DNA of 56,259 nucleotides, taken from NCBI GenBank assembly GCA_041674765.1, contig JBAYVE010000006.1:1-56259 (forward strand), read 5' to 3'. The position numbers and the translations under genes were made by a program. Origin of the DNA: Patescibacteria group bacterium (GTDB taxonomy: Bacteria > Patescibacteriota > UBA1384 > XYA2-FULL-43-10 > 1-14-0-10-43-13). Position 1 is the first letter of the stretch. Each line of letters opens with the position of its first letter. Below the pieces are notes generated by a model that had not been told where the DNA came from, did not search any database, and saw only the letters and a program-made list of their open reading frames with translations. Below are positions 49,201 to 56,013 of the stretch, piece after piece.

Positions 49201-51660
49201 GCACCGGAGGCAAACGAGGCTATCCGCAAACTGCGCGACGATCCAGAAGCCACCGCCTACGGTATTGCTGATGATGAAGCCAAGGAATACTTGTCCAAAG
49301 CACCGGGTGAACTTGGTAAGCTTGCAAATGAACTGAGATCGATTACTGAGCAAACAAAGAAACTGCGTCTTGATGGCGGGTTGTTGAACAAAGACATTAC
49401 CGATGCTTGGGAAGCCACATACAAGCATTACATCCCAGTTAAGGGGGCTGAGCAGGGCAATTCAGGCACCGGCAAGGGTATGTCGGTCAAGGTGAAGAAT
49501 AAGCGCAGGCTTGGGCACGGTAGGCGCGATGAGGCTGTGATCGAGAACATTCTCCAAGATCATGAACGCGCGATCATGGAAGTCGAGAAAAACCGGGTAG
49601 GAAAGCATGTTGTTATGATGGCTGCGGAGATCGGCATACCTGAGTTGATGACTATCGGACAGCCGGCTAAACGTCAGATGTTGCGCAACACAACTGCTTA
49701 TGAAGTGCAGGTAAAAGGGCGGACTAAAGCTGTATTTGACACCAAGGAAGGCGCAAATCTATTCAGACAATCATTGCCATTGACAGATAAGAAGATTGCT
49801 CTCAGCGATGTTGTTATTAATCCAACGGCAGATCAGAGAGTGGTTATGTCTGCGTCTCCAATGCTGGCAGATAACGAGATTAACGTTTATATCGACGGCC
49901 ATGCAATCAGGGTCCAGATCAATGATGAATTGATGGCCAGGGCATACAAGAAGCTTGGTATTGAAGGGTATGGTGAAATTGTTTCTGCCGGAAGAATGCT
50001 GAATAGCTACCTCTCCAAAGTCTATACCGGTTATAACCCAGAGTTCATTATGACCAACATGGTCAGGGATTTTACTACTGGCGTGATAAATCTCACAGGC
50101 GAGCAGGGTTTGAAGATGGCAGCAAAGGCCATATCAAATTATCCAAAGTCATTTGCAACACTTCTTCGTTATGCGGCAACAAACGGCAAGCAAAGCACGG
50201 ATTGGATAGATGCGTATCGACGCAATGGCGGGAATACCGGGGCGGCATACCTATCTGATATGGAGCGATTGGGTAATGAGGTAGCATCAGAATATGCCGC
50301 ATATCAGGGTGTTATTGCCAATCTGAAACAAGGTGACATGGCTAATGCCGCTCGTGCAGCAGGAAGGAAAGCATATAACGCTACTCTTAAGTGGATCTAT
50401 AACTTGAATCAAGCTGGTGAAAATGCAATGCGGCTATCTGCATTCAAGGCGATGATCGACAGTGGCATGAACGTTAATGATGCTGCTAAGGCAGCAAAAA
50501 ATATCACAGTTAATTTTAACCGTAAGGGTGAGCTCGGTGTTGAGGCTAATGCTGCTTATTTATTCTTTAATGCGTCTGTGCAGGGCACGGCTGCCACGTT
50601 GCATGCTCTTGTAAAAGGCAAGAATAAATATCAAGCATGGGCGCTTGCCAGTGGTCTGACTACACTTGGATATCTTGCCGCAGCATCGCTCGGCGGCGGT
50701 GGTGAAGATGATTACGATAAGATTGACGACTACACCAAAGAGCGCAATGCTGTCATTAAATACGGAGATGGTTATCTCAAACTTCCAATCCCTTATGGAT
50801 ATGGATTTTTCTGGAATATTGGCAGGTCCATGGCTGATGCGCAACGTAAGGATGAACTGCATACAATGCCTTGGCATATTGCAGCATCAGCGATTGAGGA
50901 ACTGACGCCATTTGGCAGCATTGTTGTTGGATCTGATGGAGAGTTTAAATCCGATCAGGTGCTTGGTGGGGCGCTACCTACTGTCGCGCAGATTCCTTAT
51001 CAAATATCGAACAACAAACAATTATTTAGCGGCGGCGAATTGATGCCAGATAGCCCATTTGACCAATCTCAGCCAGATCGTGAAAAAATGTGGCGCGGCA
51101 CTAAAGGGACAATGTACGACCAGGTATCCGGATGGTTGGCAGGCGCTGGCATGGATGTATCTCCGGAAACACTCAAGTTCATGACGCGCACGGCCACGGG
51201 TGGCGCAGGCGCACTTGTGGATTCGTCTGTGAGCGCAGCTATGCTGAAAGCCGATGGAGCCGAACTTGACTCAGCGGAGATGCCATTCATCCGCAAAGCT
51301 TACAAAGAAATATCGATTAAAGATACCCGGTCTGCATTTTACAAAGCGCGGGAAGAAGCTAAGCTTGCCGCAGAAGAATTCAATCGTGCCCGGAGAAAGA
51401 ATGATCTTGTCGCCATGCAGACAGTCATCAACGACAAGAAAGAAATGTTGGCGCTGGATGCGTATGCGGATAAATTATCAGAAGTTATACGATATGCGCG
51501 TGACCAACAAGATGCAGTGCGACTAAATAAGGATATTCCTATTGCAGAGAAGCGCCTGAGATTGAAGGAATTAGAGATGAATGAGTCAAAATTCTATGAT
51601 AAGTACCTAGATGTGTTCAATATCAATAAGATTGAAATGAAGAAGAGAGTTAATCAATAG
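40276..51660 (+). CDS. Giant polyvalent virion/ejection protein, 3794 aa
   Basis: Gly-rich hydrophobic N-region; ddrB/ParB-like (IVGGNGR); HELSH; ART-like (FHGSPH...GEGAQAYGHGLYFAES); LPD1-like (FRGVEFGNW...HEWFH); second ART-like (FWRWFGDSK); LPD23-like (GWFLGVDRKWRYEI, HEIQH); LPD38-like C-terminus. Confidence 0.88.
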   Translation: MVQQVRAYGQVLQFPDDMSDDDMAKAIQNNEHVLNPNFKAPEGLSGIAKNVVSGTKQTGRMVGAGFDTIRNELAGVEDYAKASDIARQQETPIEQRKLLGELSSIDRDQGALRQIGDTLSAAGRNPMGTAQMITEQLPNTAVSLGGGYAGFKTGAAAGALFGPVGATIGGTLGFLGGMFLGNVLLETGGKAIEKASDEDGYTPEDRDNALREGAVKGAVITGVDAATLKLGSMVTNRLGAAATNAGAKAEAKVLIEAGVDMSSTSAINAALKSSPELLKSAKVAGEKAAIQALSKSKKAGIIGTGLVLETAGEGIGEYAGEMAATGKGDVVDATIEALSSATQSIAETAYNFNKLKSGNDLSADGMRKVADSVNEITLKDGINNISKSQSVDEAIQSAVETVSAKPVTANDVLKTVDPTLLDVERLTGLKPSEVINDANLQGEQDVKNEASQEAKQKAGQKPVLLGNDTEIVLPDGQSIPAKWGVVDANQVSASIKEGINQPRDRTRAASDIQIQGIANNPDYRRLSDSVLMDTGSPTLSYDGLIVGGNGRFEGISRAHETGASEKYRESLLNDALSKGIDVSLIQGIKSPVLVRQITQPFDTRKLAVASNSGTNMQYSGLELAKIDAGRMFGIEDLDIADNGDIAMTGLNFQRIKQSLADYNQSEIAAIVDKNGALSQDGVKRIRNAILAKAYGNSETLGRMVESTDNDMRNVLGALTRTSGTVARVRSEIKSGAIPEELDITDNLLNAVETLAQIRSKGQPLDHYLSQENMFGDNIDSDSKEILQYLHDNIRSQKKMAEFINNVYGQIGSIDQSTEDIFGDNVVPTKKEVIDNAKPTEQDEQQGIFSQQKPGGTNEQESKTEADNSASGKEKFRTSDELRNRAITARDTRSQRIAAKSIQKSEDNQVSLKPSRSPEERLKDRERAKQLERKLNAQGFNYTVTAKDVRDFSAGDRGKENEADAAEKIAKIFGRRIVWIEARGDHAINGVVITSIKDTIFIDVNTDKAAHAIMGHELSHHLEHDKPEVYKELTRSLMTVIRDHPGYANKYGIEGARQSDITKEIVGDIMGDNFTKPEFWNRVAEANPSTYKNIADTIISWLKRLIINAKARSLGSEQWVTDAQKAQDIVAKAIAQYTSQSNAPASGKAKFHSAFHGSPHDHDKFDSSKIGTGEGAQAYGHGLYFAESKDVAESYKKVLTDGKMAINGIPFEPKNYTITKMVANHKGSDDSLISRLETYIKWNSSNPYAMTEDAQIVIDALKDGTLTKKVGGKLYQVELAPKQDEYLLWDKPLLEQSDKVIASLEKKFSLPSFDKDFGTAGEFYRSRARKFDSQEKASSELYSLGIRGIKYLDGSSRHKKYVVILSTKKGEFSRGEFDNKSQAEEYAKDKLEEGFVAEVKFNEDGNFNYVIFDENDVTITAKFSKKATDEQNKQTFAQKVAAYQVLDAKFDDDNFIKNLDIDSWGALRNSLQAIREDIANALENNIIDAIDANGKRLLSRNSTDSGNDWRITSFDADGDPLGHSEYRNAKRAVDDLFVSGINQNWKALSKDDPDAVKFSRASQGSLFGNNDNLASQEEVLKANSARPGDLFSSSNKGGVQQNTAISDDMFANTGSVEKDPVLPEGFSFTEGKGLIAGRFAVSDSNGDTVSNFHTDKQKAAQEFESNQYLKKQFEEKSKRNDEIFEKISNKLLAGGKASDEDLKGLDLKQVSRFDYISPVIQKLFGISKSKVRDAMGAALFKSQGIYGGETFEANSKSALENAAKFVNSQNVGLDIPRDQAAAKIEDFGEKIGGARKDLERSISREYTDDDIATQPLSKIWPKDDYLNIENPFLSAFYYSAREQIPTKPKLSYRVKSWVQKVKMFRGLAKLAVSGSLNEDKIIEFSKKFPGLENFFARAQVLSRVPNRQDWSRVESVAIYPDAGKYDSNGILINYPMAQIKIDGRTTVVNVTDVDRVAESVNDLLQKEKPNDDKKMQFELRGRTGSYFINKKGDREYRKLKTFTDLKEASQYLKNNYDDLVAAWELVKESDNVKKTDVRGEENRPRTGQDWRQGKDVTPDQFQSAFGFRGVEFGNWVSQGKDNRERQGMLNQAYDALMDLSNIVGVPPKALSLNGSLGLGFGSRGKGAALAHFEPGALVINLTKTKGAGNLAHEWFHAMDNYFQRKRGEPKPVREDMFITYRPEPMMMHKKSGSLMTQYQIEKRRLSNPTAGYFSPENWVKDPNHPMGVRPEVEARFSDLVIALDESPMKKRAGAIDKGKEDGYWSRIIERAARSFENYVIAKMMKKGYNNDYLANVTNAEDFARDKERYPYLLESEVAPVEEAFDNLFSEIKTKETDKGIAMFSRASIPDTINIDGVDRPTTNSEGKPIHPTEEGIRNFWRWFGDSKAVDAGGRPIVYKHSTKERFSEFKSSYGGIYLTTGNSIAADIFNNDGAGFTHDIYIKTEKPFIAVWKKMPGEEKQVLKDIMNSIFDENDIQDLREIDSANSGRESEIDHFELFTDGEFYLTLGRNAQDKVLDMIKTYGYDSVEFSDSLAWGENNTSTVVFDPARLKISMGDDGPKFSFAGKKSETADSMSLTAAQDRIANGDDQEQVRQDTGWFLGVDRKWRYEINDSDASIKKPFPTKNQPWGEVYKSVYAQRLKDGFAGIALEDVIDHPKLFAAYPNLANLSIDTEVGSGASFRVSTGLSPSMITIGEDVPMSDVLSVLLHEIQHGIQRTEGFATGGSVQSSAQFIRDNEIKRNEYHESSAYKKWAAEQNKLIDSIDDEADLQKALEDHSKKRPPSNHVYLDFFDRPESVYRRLGGEVEARNVQARMGMSDDQRKRQSPEETQDIKNDDVILMFNGKVMNNAPPPQNAQKSILNEDNGIGNADIKTTEGVSPERTNSLDIPRESRFRKFQRKYQDSFNRFTVVKEWLADKGINVSQQADVYAAEERYHAKVANQVEDFREQIRNPLIEKIAKAGFTMDDIADYLEAQHAPEANEAIRKLRDDPEATAYGIADDEAKEYLSKAPGELGKLANELRSITEQTKKLRLDGGLLNKDITDAWEATYKHYIPVKGAEQGNSGTGKGMSVKVKNKRRLGHGRRDEAVIENILQDHERAIMEVEKNRVGKHVVMMAAEIGIPELMTIGQPAKRQMLRNTTAYEVQVKGRTKAVFDTKEGANLFRQSLPLTDKKIALSDVVINPTADQRVVMSASPMLADNEINVYIDGHAIRVQINDELMARAYKKLGIEGYGEIVSAGRMLNSYLSKVYTGYNPEFIMTNMVRDFTTGVINLTGEQGLKMAAKAISNYPKSFATLLRYAATNGKQSTDWIDAYRRNGGNTGAAYLSDMERLGNEVASEYAAYQGVIANLKQGDMANAARAAGRKAYNATLKWIYNLNQAGENAMRLSAFKAMIDSGMNVNDAAKAAKNITVNFNRKGELGVEANAAYLFFNASVQGTAATLHALVKGKNKYQAWALASGLTTLGYLAAASLGGGGEDDYDKIDDYTKERNAVIKYGDGYLKLPIPYGYGFFWNIGRSMADAQRKDELHTMPWHIAASAIEELTPFGSIVVGSDGEFKSDQVLGGALPTVAQIPYQISNNKQLFSGGELMPDSPFDQSQPDREKMWRGTKGTMYDQVSGWLAGAGMDVSPETLKFMTRTATGGAGALVDSSVSAAMLKADGAELDSAEMPFIRKAYKEISIKDTRSAFYKAREEAKLAAEEFNRARRKNDLVAMQTVINDKKEMLALDAYADKLSEVIRYARDQQDAVRLNKDIPIAEKRLRLKELEMNESKFYDKYLDVFNINKIEMKKRVNQ

Positions 51661-51934
51661 ATCTGAATAATTCAGGATATCTATTTTTGTAAATATCAAT
51701 TACTTTCTGAATTTCTTCATTAAGAATATTAATTTTATGTTGCGTTTCATAATCATGCTCGTATTTCACGCACGGTGATTGAGCCACAATTTTAGGTATT
51801 GCCAAAGATAATATCTTAAGCATACTATCTTGCAATGGCTTTATGTCAATAAGATATTGGCGTTGGATTCTTATTATCTGTTCGTCTGTTATATTTGAGC
51901 GTGTCGTAGTGCTCTGATCTTTGTCTGTTTTCAT
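51650..51934 (-). CDS. Hypothetical protein, start uncertain
   Basis: Converges on the giant gene; overlaps the upstream lipoprotein ORF. Confidence 0.45.
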   Translation of the reverse strand: MKTDKDQSTTTRSNITDEQIIRIQRQYLIDIKPLQDSMLKILSLAIPKIVAQSPCVKYEHDYETQHKINILNEEIQKVIDIYKNRYPELFRSID

Positions 51935-52088
51935 CAACAATCTTTTGTTCAATATCATTACAAACTTCTTCAATCTCTGAAAGAAAATCATCCAATTCAT
52001 TGCTGTGTTTTGGATGATTCTCTCCATTGTCTGCGCATGATGCGATTATTATCATCGATGCAACTACAAATAACCTTATCACATTCAA
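51846..52088 (-). CDS. Putative lipoprotein
   Basis: MNVIRLFVVASMIIIASC lipobox-like; ATGA-type coupling. Confidence 0.5.
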   Translation of the reverse strand: MNVIRLFVVASMIIIASCADNGENHPKHSNELDDFLSEIEEVCNDIEQKIVDENRQRSEHYDTLKYNRRTDNKNPTPISY

Positions 52089-52372
52089 TATCTATTATAT
52101 CTTCCAGTAGATCCGCTTTCATATCCTTCATAAAGCATTTCATTGCGCATGACATTCGACCGAATATCCAATTCACGCATGTCATTATCTAGCTGACGAC
52201 GAATATAATTATTTTGGTCACGAACCATGTCTGCATTCGTGTATCCATTAAGCCCCGGTGTCTGTGAGCGGTATCTGTATTCGTTCGCGCCATAATCTCG
52301 ATATCCGTAACTTTGGCCAACGGCTGAAGACGATACAATCATCAACGCTGAAATTAAAATTAATTTATACAT
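52085..52372 (-). CDS. Secreted Tyr/Arg-rich protein
   Basis: Signal peptide; AGGAGG RBS. Confidence 0.7.
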   Translation of the reverse strand: MYKLILISALMIVSSSAVGQSYGYRDYGANEYRYRSQTPGLNGYTNADMVRDQNNYIRRQLDNDMRELDIRSNVMRNEMLYEGYESGSTGRYNRY

Positions 52373-52522
52373 ATCAACCTCCTGTATCTATAACGGTACA
52401 AATATTCATTTATTGACATCATATAATAAAAATATGAACTGAATCTGAATGGACGGAATTTTATATGTAGATACCCTGATGTGCAGAATAATAGCGGAAT
52501 GAAGCTTGAATTTGCGGGACAG

Positions 52523-52783
52523 TCATTTTGGGTCCTCGGGCAATTCTTGCCAGTGGGTGGGTGCAAATGGCCAATCTCTGCCTAGAGAACCAACCCACTT
52601 TTTATTCGGTGAAAAGTACAACACCAAATCCCTATCCTTTGGCGTATTCTCATCAATCGGCTGCCATGCGTTTAATTCGGTGCATTCCGATAACAGAGCA
52701 TCGAAAAACTTTTTCTCTGCATCTGATGGCCAGTAAAACCAACTAAAAACCTCTTTCAATCTTTCTTCTGTTATTCCTTTCAT
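52523..52783 (-). CDS. DUF551-like protein
   Basis: WQPIDE.TPKD...PTHWQELPEDP. Confidence 0.75.
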   Translation of the reverse strand: MKGITEERLKEVFSWFYWPSDAEKKFFDALLSECTELNAWQPIDENTPKDRDLVLYFSPNKKWVGSLGRDWPFAPTHWQELPEDPK

Positions 52784-52899
52784 GATACAGCCTCTATAAT
52801 CCATTTTACTAGATGAATACATACTAAGACTGCGAGTGGCACTATAACCATAGTGAAAACTGTCGCAAAAATTACCTCAAAAAATTTATAGAAATTCAT
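52780..52899 (-). CDS. Small single-TM protein, 39 aa
   Basis: Manual translation MNFYKFFEVIFATVFTMVIVPLAVLVCIHLVKWIIEAVS; GGAGG upstream. Confidence 0.5.
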   Translation of the reverse strand: MNFYKFFEVIFATVFTMVIVPLAVLVCIHLVKWIIEAVS

Positions 52900-52928
52900 T
52901 TCCCATCCTCCATTATTTTTCTATAATT

Positions 52929-53144
52929 TCAGTCAAATCCATTAGGGCTGCTTGGATCATAACTTTCATTATTGTCTATCCTGCGCGGCTGCTTTTTGCG
53001 GACTACTAGCCATAAATTTTCAAAATTTATATGCGCTAATCTAATTCCTCCTGATCCAAAATAATACTCACCAACTTCTGGAACCTTATAAGCAACAGCC
53101 TCCCATCCTTCAGGCAAATCTGGTATTTCAATCTCGTGTTTCAT
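52929..53144 (-). CDS. Hypothetical protein (related to 54745-55092)
   Basis: LPEGWEAV...P..GEYY. Confidence 0.65.
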   Translation of the reverse strand: MKHEIEIPDLPEGWEAVAYKVPEVGEYYFGSGGIRLAHINFENLWLVVRKKQPRRIDNNESYDPSSPNGFD

Positions 53145-53147
53145 TTT

Positions 53148-53648
53148 TTATTCCTTGTCTCGTGCGTTATCAAGCAAATCAATGATTGCTCTCGCCACTT
53201 TGTTTCTGTCTTCCATATAGTCAAAATAATAATATTGTCCCAGAATATCAATCGAATGGGTCTTGCAAAACTCACTATTGCTAGGACAAGGCAACTGCTT
53301 ACCGTTTAACTCAAATGTGCGCTTCTTTTTTGGCGCTTTTAGTGTCCAATTATATGCAACTATAACTGGAATATTATTACCTACTGTGTGCATAGAGCCA
53401 TCTAATTTATAATAAATCTTATCCCCTAAAAAAACAGGCATGTCTTCTATGATTGCTACTGCTAGATCGTAGTTTGACGCATCAAATACATGATGATTAA
53501 TGATAGATCCACAAACAATGTCATAATATTTCACGCACTGCTGAGGTTTAATATTTGTTCCATGCTGTTTATTGTAAGAATCGCACATATCATGTACGCG
53601 ACCCCAGTATTCAAGAATTAACTCTCGTTGTGTTTTTTTAGTTGTCAT
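53148..53648 (-). CDS. Hypothetical protein, paralog copy 2
   Basis: Near-identical blocks shared with 53826-54317. Confidence 0.8.
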   Translation of the reverse strand: MTTKKTQRELILEYWGRVHDMCDSYNKQHGTNIKPQQCVKYYDIVCGSIINHHVFDASNYDLAVAIIEDMPVFLGDKIYYKLDGSMHTVGNNIPVIVAYNWTLKAPKKKRTFELNGKQLPCPSNSEFCKTHSIDILGQYYYFDYMEDRNKVARAIIDLLDNARDKE

Positions 53649-53652
53649 TTTT

Positions 53653-53820
53653 TTAATCCTCATAAATTACTTCTATGCGTTCATCCGTTTCCATGTCAAC
53701 AAAAGCAATATTTACAAACTCATTTTTTACCCAGCCTTTTATGCCATGGCAAAAATGAGATTGAATTTGCGCATGATCGAATAGCCAAGTATTTAACTCA
53801 TCACGGTTTTTAATTTCCAT
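53653..53820 (-). CDS. Hypothetical protein, 55 aa
   Basis: Manual translation MEIKNRDELNTWLF...; fills the gap between the paralogs. Confidence 0.55.
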   Translation of the reverse strand: MEIKNRDELNTWLFDHAQIQSHFCHGIKGWVKNEFVNIAFVDMETDERIEVIYED

Positions 53821-53825
53821 TATTT

Positions 53826-54317
53826 TTAGTCCTTGTCTCGTGCGTTAACTAGCATGTCAAAAATAGCTCGTTCAACTTCATTTATATCTTTATATTCTTT
53901 ATAATAAAAATTATGTCCAAGAAGACCAAGAGTAAAACCGCATGGAGCAGTTTCAGGACAAGGCAACTGCTGGCCGTTCAACTCAAATGTTCGCTTCGGT
54001 TTTGGTGGCGTTAGTGTCCAGTAACGAGGATCATAAAATGCGCTGTCAATTATCGCTACGCAGTTTCTATGCTCTTTATGATAAATCTTATCCCCTAAAA
54101 AAACAGGCATGTCTTCTATGATTGCTACTGCTAGATCGTAGTTTGACCCATCAAATACAGGATGATTAATGATATATCCCCAAATATTGCCACAATATTT
54201 CACGCACCGCTGAGGTCTAATATTTGTTCCATGCTGTTTATTGTAAGAATCGCACATATCATGTACGCGACCCCAGTATTCAAGAATTAACTCTCGTTGT
54301 GTTTTTTTAGTTGTCAT
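53826..54317 (-). CDS. Hypothetical protein, paralog copy 1
   Basis: MTTKKTQRELILEYWGRVHDMCDSYNK shared with copy 2. Confidence 0.8.
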   Translation of the reverse strand: MTTKKTQRELILEYWGRVHDMCDSYNKQHGTNIRPQRCVKYCGNIWGYIINHPVFDGSNYDLAVAIIEDMPVFLGDKIYHKEHRNCVAIIDSAFYDPRYWTLTPPKPKRTFELNGQQLPCPETAPCGFTLGLLGHNFYYKEYKDINEVERAIFDMLVNARDKD

Positions 54318-54339
54318 TTTTTAGTCCTTAATGTTTTTG

Positions 54340-54615
54340 TTACATGATGGTTCTATTGCCTGATAGCTGCGCTCTTAAAAAATTTTCGCTTACAAGGTTA
54401 AAATCCCAATCTTTCTTGGAGAATGTGACAACAGCATCGCTAAACATATTTGACTCTTTGCTTACTATCTTCCCCACCAATCTTTTATCATCGCGCTCGA
54501 TACATATAAATGTTGATGATGCCCAGCTGCGGTCGTTCTTACTCTTGCTCTCTGCTGCGAAATGATCCCCCACGTTAATATTTATTTTGTCACGTTTAAA
54601 AAAATCGAATATCAT
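54340..54615 (-). CDS. Hypothetical protein
   Basis: AAGGA RBS; in operon. Confidence 0.65.
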   Translation of the reverse strand: MIFDFFKRDKININVGDHFAAESKSKNDRSWASSTFICIERDDKRLVGKIVSKESNMFSDAVVTFSKKDWDFNLVSENFLRAQLSGNRTIM

Positions 54616-54675
54616 TTTTGGTCCTTATCAATAATTAGCAAATCAATGTCAGAGATCGATAAATTAACATGTCCA

Positions 54676-54707
54676 TCAGCCATTTCTTTGTGCTTATAGA
54701 AATCACT
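54676..54707. repeat. 32-bp direct repeat, copy 1
   Basis: TCAGCCATTTCTTTGTGCTTATAGAAATCACT, identical at 55418-55449. Confidence 0.92.
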
Positions 54708-54744
54708 AATTCTTTTTTTTAGTTCATCTGGTATAGATGGGCCG

Positions 54745-55092
54745 TCATTTCACGTTATTGTTGATTACCTCATAAAGCTGCATGGAATTAATTTTCTGGC
54801 CATTAACAAGACCAAGACTGTTAAGAGTTTTCTGCTCAACATGAACATGAAGTTCATTGTGGATTACAAAAGCATTGTATTTATCCTGTATTTTTGAAAC
54901 AATAATTAATGGTAATGGAGGGCATGTGTTTAAAATTTCCCCGGTTAAAAGATCTTTAAAAGGTGATTCACTATATTGATAAATGTTGCCGTTAAAAATA
55001 AAAAATTCTCCATATTCTGGTTTCCCAATACGGATTGCCTCAAATCCTTTGGGCATCCAGTCAACATCAACATGCATAGTTTGATTTATCAT
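54745..55092 (-). CDS. Hypothetical protein inside the repeat-flanked segment
   Basis: MPKGFEAI...P..GEFF, similar to 52929-53144. Confidence 0.65.
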   Translation of the reverse strand: MINQTMHVDVDWMPKGFEAIRIGKPEYGEFFIFNGNIYQYSESPFKDLLTGEILNTCPPLPLIIVSKIQDKYNAFVIHNELHVHVEQKTLNSLGLVNGQKINSMQLYEVINNNVK

Positions 55093-55096
55093 TAAT

Positions 55097-55363
55097 TTAC
55101 CTATTTATAAGCAGTGGATGTGTTGGTTGATGAAACTCGATTCCATTCCCGTCTTGGTCAAAGATTCCTTGTGCTCTGCACATAGAACATTTAACCAATA
55201 CTTTGTAAAATATTTTTATCGGATTACTCTGATAATCCTCAGTTGGATGTTGTATTATCTTTGGTTGCATAACTGGCATACGTTTCCCAGACTCATAGAG
55301 AATATGCTTGCCGAAAGGATTTTCTGGATATGAGCAGAAAACATTCATCTTAAATATACTCAT
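55097..55363 (-). CDS. Hypothetical protein with CxxC, inside the repeat-flanked segment
   Basis: 88-aa ORF; KCSMC. Confidence 0.6.
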   Translation of the reverse strand: MSIFKMNVFCSYPENPFGKHILYESGKRMPVMQPKIIQHPTEDYQSNPIKIFYKVLVKCSMCRAQGIFDQDGNGIEFHQPTHPLLINR

Positions 55364-55380
55364 TTTTAATGATGTTTGAA

Positions 55381-55503
55381 CTAAGGACCTGATTGAGAAT
55401 GAATTAAGACGGTTACGTCAGCCATTTCTTTGTGCTTATAGAAATCACTTAATTCTTTTGTTTTGTTGCATTTAAAACATTTTTTCACTTTCAATTCATC
55501 CAT
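55381..55503 (-). pseudogene. Truncated Zn-finger (endonuclease N-terminal-type) ORF, 40 aa
   Basis: MDELKVKKCFKCNKTKELSDFYKHKEMAD, then unrelated sequence; second Cys pair missing. Confidence 0.6.
55418..55449. repeat. 32-bp direct repeat, copy 2
   Basis: Identical to 54676-54707. Confidence 0.92.
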
Positions 55504-55548
55504 TTCTATAGCCCTGAGAATTCTATATAATCTATAGATAACAAGGGC

Positions 55549-56010
55549 TTAATTAAAAGGAATGTCGTCTTCAAAATCATCGAAACCGCTACCAGCCGGA
55601 GCTCGGCTTTGTTTTTGAGTCGACTGTTTTCTAGGTGAATTACTTTCGTCGAATTGACGATCATCAGAAGTAACTTTTTCTCTTGCTTGTCCGAGCATCT
55701 TCATGTCATTGGCAATGATCTCTGTCGAGTAGCGCTCTACGCCATTTTTATCTTCCCATTTGCGAGTGGACATCTTGCCGGACACGTATATTTGCATTCC
55801 TTTTGTGCAATAGGTCGACATAATTTCAGCAAGCTTTCTGTAAGCTACCACATTCACCCACTCGACTTTTTCTTGCTTGTCTCCATTTTTGTCTTTGTAC
55901 GACTCATTAACGGCGATTGAGCAGGTAACAACTGCATCGCCATTGCTCATATAACGGTTTTCGATCTTTCCGATCCAGCCAATAAATTGGCATAAATTTA
56001 GTGAGGCCAT
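55549..56010 (-). CDS. ssb: Single-stranded DNA-binding protein
   Basis: SLNLCQFIG, VEWVNVV, IYVSGKMSTRKWEDK, STEII, acidic DDIPF tail. Confidence 0.95.
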   Translation of the reverse strand: MASLNLCQFIGWIGKIENRYMSNGDAVVTCSIAVNESYKDKNGDKQEKVEWVNVVAYRKLAEIMSTYCTKGMQIYVSGKMSTRKWEDKNGVERYSTEIIANDMKMLGQAREKVTSDDRQFDESNSPRKQSTQKQSRAPAGSGFDDFEDDIPFN

Positions 56011-56013
56011 TTA

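Noticed and set aside
40276-51660. DarB-type helicase/methyltransferase or tape measure
   Set aside because: No DExx/SNF2 or NPPY/F motifs seen; no tail tube or sheath genes
53148-54317. Diversity-generating retroelement TR/VR pair
   Set aside because: Differences include G/C and G/T changes and indels, not adenine-only; both copies are full ORFs; no reverse transcriptase in the window
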